From an uncultured Gammaproteobacteria bacterium (GTDB taxonomy: Bacteria > Patescibacteriota > Microgenomatia > UBA12405), in contig CAZKWZ010000002.1 in NCBI GenBank assembly GCA_964556795.1, forward strand, positions 1 to 57,485: a stretch of 57,485 nucleotides of DNA, read 5' to 3'. The position numbers were made by a program, and so were the translations under genes. Below are positions 55,421-57,485 of the stretch, one piece after another. The notes under the pieces are model-generated. The model was not told the origin of the DNA. It worked only from the letters and a program-made list of their open reading frames with translations, and did no database searches. Each line of letters starts with the position of its first letter. Positions within the stretch are counted from its first letter, which is position 1.

Positions 55421-55837
55421 TTACTTTTTAGCGACAGTAGCGGCTTTTTGTTGGGTTTCAATTTTTGCCCAAGCTTCTTTGGTAAGAGAACCAACTGTTT
55501 TCTTTTTACCTTTACGGGTACGAGAATTGGATTTGGTTCTTTGACCACGAACAGGCAAAGAAACGATGTGACGAATGCCACGGTAACATTTAATAGCTTT
55601 TAAACGATCAATGTTTTCACGAATTTCTCTTTTTAGGTCACCCTCGGTTTGAAATTCTTCGAGTGCTTTCATTAAATTACCAATATCATCACGAGAAAGA
55701 GTTTTAATACGGGCATCCAGGGAGATACCTGCTTTTTTGGCTAATTCAATAACATTTTTAGGACCAATACCATAAAAACGAGTTAGAGCAACTTGGGCTC
55801 TCTCGTTGTCGGGGATTTCAATTCCGGAGATTCTCAT
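55421..55837 (-). CDS. rpsM: 30S ribosomal protein S13
   Basis: MRISGIEIPDNERAQVALTRFYGIGPKN...YRGIRHIVSLPVRGQRTKSNSRT. Confidence 0.96.
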   Translation of the reverse strand: MRISGIEIPDNERAQVALTRFYGIGPKNVIELAKKAGISLDARIKTLSRDDIGNLMKALEEFQTEGDLKREIRENIDRLKAIKCYRGIRHIVSLPVRGQRTKSNSRTRKGKKKTVGSLTKEAWAKIETQQKAATVAKK

Positions 55838-55845
55838 ATATAAAA

Positions 55846-55959
55846 TTAACCCTGTTTTTGGGTATGTCTCTTAGTAGAACATATAACTCGCCTAATACCC
55901 CGTCGAATGACGATCTTACAATTTTTGCAGCGGCGTTTAATACTTGATTTGACTTTCAT
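55846..55959 (-). CDS. rpmJ: 50S ribosomal protein L36
   Basis: Unlisted 37-aa ORF: [37 protein letters not shown] (CxxC...C...H zinc ribbon), in the canonical infA-rpmJ-rpsM position. Confidence 0.95.
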   Translation of the reverse strand: MKVKSSIKRRCKNCKIVIRRGIRRVICSTKRHTQKQG

Positions 55960-56029
55960 AAACTTTAGACTTTGGTATTGTAACCTAAACTCTCGATAAT
56001 ATCAAAGAGTAAATTAATAAAACAGTAAC

Positions 56030-56233
56030 TTAACCACGATAAACGATACGACCTTTATTCCCATCCGGGGAAAGGACTAAAGAAACCGTATCTCCGGCCA
56101 AACATCGAATGTGATGCATTTTTAGTTTTCCGGCTAAATAACAGACGATCTGACGACCGTCATCGAGTTTAACCCGAAATAATTGATCGGGCAAGACTTC
56201 AGTGACAATAGCTTTGACTTGTGGTTCTTTCAT
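56030..56233 (-). CDS. infA: Translation initiation factor IF-1
   Basis: 67 aa. VTEVLPDQLFRVKLDDGRQIVCYLAGKLKMHHIRCLAGDTVSLVLSPDGNKGRIVYR. Confidence 0.95.
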   Translation of the reverse strand: MKEPQVKAIVTEVLPDQLFRVKLDDGRQIVCYLAGKLKMHHIRCLAGDTVSLVLSPDGNKGRIVYRG

Positions 56234-56252
56234 TTAATTTTAATTAATAATT

Positions 56253-56642
56253 TTATTTTGAACAAATTAATTTTGGGTTAGCTAAATCCCAAATTTCACT
56301 AATTGTAACAAGAATTGCGGCTTTATGAGCTAGACCTTGATTACATTCCATATTATCAACCATTTCTTTATATTTACCTTCGGTAAATACCTTAGCATTA
56401 CCTTTTAGCTGATAAGCTTCATTCCCATCGACAGAGCAAAAACTTAGAGAAACATTTTGGTTTTGATCTAGATTGATTCTAGTTTTATTAAAGTAGTTAT
56501 CGGTAAATAGGATTTGATTTTCATCAAGAACTTTTACACAGGCGATTATGACACAATTGGGAACCAAATTTTTGTTGCAGGTAGCAAAAGCAATGTTTGA
56601 ATTTTCTAATAATGATTTAATATTGGGACTAATCTGAATCAT
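56253..56642 (-). CDS. Pyridoxamine 5'-phosphate oxidase-like split-barrel flavoprotein
   Basis: 129 aa. IAFATCNKNLVPNCVIIACVKVLDENQILFTDNYFNKTRINL pattern. Occupies the slot where map usually sits between adk and infA. Confidence 0.5.
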   Translation of the reverse strand: MIQISPNIKSLLENSNIAFATCNKNLVPNCVIIACVKVLDENQILFTDNYFNKTRINLDQNQNVSLSFCSVDGNEAYQLKGNAKVFTEGKYKEMVDNMECNQGLAHKAAILVTISEIWDLANPKLICSK

Positions 56643-57223
56643 TATTTTATTTTTTCAATTTCAGTGACAATGTCGGCGAAAACTGGTTCAACCGGGCGAT
56701 TGCCGTCGATAGAAACCATTTGACCACTTTGTTGATAACGTCCAACAATAGGAGAAATTGTATCATTGTATGATTTTTGACGAGCAGCTACAGCCTCAGC
56801 ACTATTGTCGGTACGACTGGCATCCTGAAATGATTGACCCAAACGGGATCGACGAGCCATTATTTCTTCAAAGGTAACATTGAGAAGAATTAAAAGGGAA
56901 AATTTTTGGTTTTTAGAAGCTAAATATTTTTCGATTAATTCACCCTGACTAAGCATTCTGGGGAAACCGTCAATAATAAAATTACAATTACCAATTGAGT
57001 CTAATTTGGTAGTTAAAACTTTAAAGGCTAATTCATCGGGCACCCACCTGCCTTCACCAATGTATGATTGGGCTTCTAATCCTAATGGGGAATTATTTGC
57101 CATCTCATCACGGAGAAGCTGACCCATCGAAAGATGAGTAAGATTGTATTTTTCAGCAATTAATTTTGCTTGGGTTGATTTTCCACAGCCACTGGGGCCG
57201 ATGATGAATAGATTTAGTGACAT
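56642..57223 (-). CDS. adk: Adenylate kinase (short-LID type)
   Basis: FIIGPSGCGKSTQAKLIAEKY P-loop, FIIDGFPR, short LID RRSRLGQSFQDASRTDNSAEA. Canonical position after secY. Confidence 0.88.
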   Translation of the reverse strand: MSLNLFIIGPSGCGKSTQAKLIAEKYNLTHLSMGQLLRDEMANNSPLGLEAQSYIGEGRWVPDELAFKVLTTKLDSIGNCNFIIDGFPRMLSQGELIEKYLASKNQKFSLLILLNVTFEEIMARRSRLGQSFQDASRTDNSAEAVAARQKSYNDTISPIVGRYQQSGQMVSIDGNRPVEPVFADIVTEIEKIK

Positions 57224-57224
57224 A

Positions 57225-57485
57225 CTAGTATGTTAGTTTTTCGTAGTTGTACATTTGAACTACGTTTTCGATTTTACGATTTAATTCTAATATAACTGAG
57301 ACCACAATTAAAACTGAAGTACCACCAATAGTTAGGGAGTTAACCCCGGTAATATTTTGGATTAAAGAAGGAATAACGGCAATTACCGCTAAAAATACAG
57401 CGCCAATAAAAACTACCCGATAAAGTAAATATTCGAGTCTTTTTTCGGTGGCATTACCAGGACGAATACCGGGGAGAAAACCTCC
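57225..57485 (-). CDS. secY: Preprotein translocase subunit SecY, C-terminal part (5' end outside the window)
   Basis: My translation is GGFLPGIRPGNATEKRLEYLLYRVVFIGAVFLAVIAVIPSLIQNITGVNSLTIGGTSVLIVVSVILELNRKIENVVQMYNYEKLTY, with stop TAG at 57227-57225. It has the conserved GxxIPGIRPG and GGTSxLIxV motifs. Confidence 0.9.
   Translation of the reverse strand, partial: GGFLPGIRPGNATEKRLEYLLYRVVFIGAVFLAVIAVIPSLIQNITGVNSLTIGGTSVLIVVSVILELNRKIENVVQMYNYEKLTY

Noticed and set aside
552-55603. Many 60-125-aa ORFs in the track lie antisense to, or out of frame within, well-supported genes. Examples: 552-782, 2837-3076, 4898-5143, 5519-5704, 6808-7047, 7166-7366, 7448-7696, 10289-10508, 11684-11893, 12277-12537, 13432-13674, 14678-15650, 18343-18525, 19565-20117, 20526-20873, 22223-22925, 24877-25130, 25694-25906, 26801-27013, 28100-28614, 29592-30242, 32685-32921, 33707-33889, 34676-35482, 36371-37220, 41041-41262, 43219-43431, 45853-46056, 46480-46671, 47237-47476, 49063-49377, 49845-50045, 50348-50611, 52924-53118, 53481-53687, 54427-54627 and 55156-55603.
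   Set aside because: Each is fully embedded in a gene with strong family motifs. Their products are low-complexity or compositionally odd (Ser/Leu/Phe/Cys-rich shadows), and none has convincing start signals. They are treated as shadow ORFs.
1-57485. CRISPR arrays, cas genes, transposases, integrases, prophage genes and rRNA operons.
   Set aside because: I looked for regularly spaced direct repeats in every non-coding gap longer than 100 nt (4135-4272, 14386-14664, 16066-16282, 38975-39139, 47436-47619, 50107-50286) and found none. No ORF shows DDE, tyrosine- or serine-recombinase or Cas motifs. tRNA-Pro has no adjacent integrase and no duplicated 3' half.

Overview
Gene-dense, low-GC chromosomal segment (about 35-40% GC judged by eye; individual 60-nt lines I counted range from 17% to 55%). 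About 75 coding genes, nearly all housekeeping. Standard genetic code: TGA clearly acts as a stop in secD and miaA. The gene content suggests a Patescibacteria/CPR-type bacterium, possibly Microgenomates-like; this is inference only. Supporting features are secDF, recA-recX, RNase Y, HU, the tail of the spc/alpha ribosomal operon without map, a very small RNase P RNA, a two-subunit 2-oxoacid:ferredoxin oxidoreductase, a GT39 membrane glycosyltransferase and many DUF proteins.

Three RNA genes absent from the ORF track were found by reading the sequence:
- RNase P RNA, 4512-4805 (+).
- tRNA-Pro(GGG), 18598-18671 (-).
- A glmS ribozyme, about 21637-21768 (+), in front of glmS.

Also added: rpmJ, the two edge-truncated genes secF and secY, and two small unlisted ORFs. 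I saw no CRISPR array, transposase, integrase or rRNA.

The most interesting points:
1. A translationally coupled PNPOx-like / variant deaminase (HND instead of HAE) / alkyltransferase-like (PFHR) / GIY-YIG nuclease module, near an AlkD-like gene. This may be a compact base-damage recognition and incision system.
2. A tight three-gene operon: a Cas4-like Fe-S PD-(D/E)XK nuclease, a degenerate Mrr-like protein and an unrecognisable 246-aa protein.
3. An unlisted 57-aa basic ORF with a perfect SD and terminator, whose sequence recalls the archaeal Sul7d/Cren7 chromatin proteins.
4. A GC-rich hairpin mini-repeat family, with one copy embedded in frame inside miaA.
5. -10-like hexamers recurring 5-8 nt upstream of operon-first start codons that lack an SD, implying widespread leaderless mRNAs.

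All functional calls rest on motif recognition from memory, without database searches.
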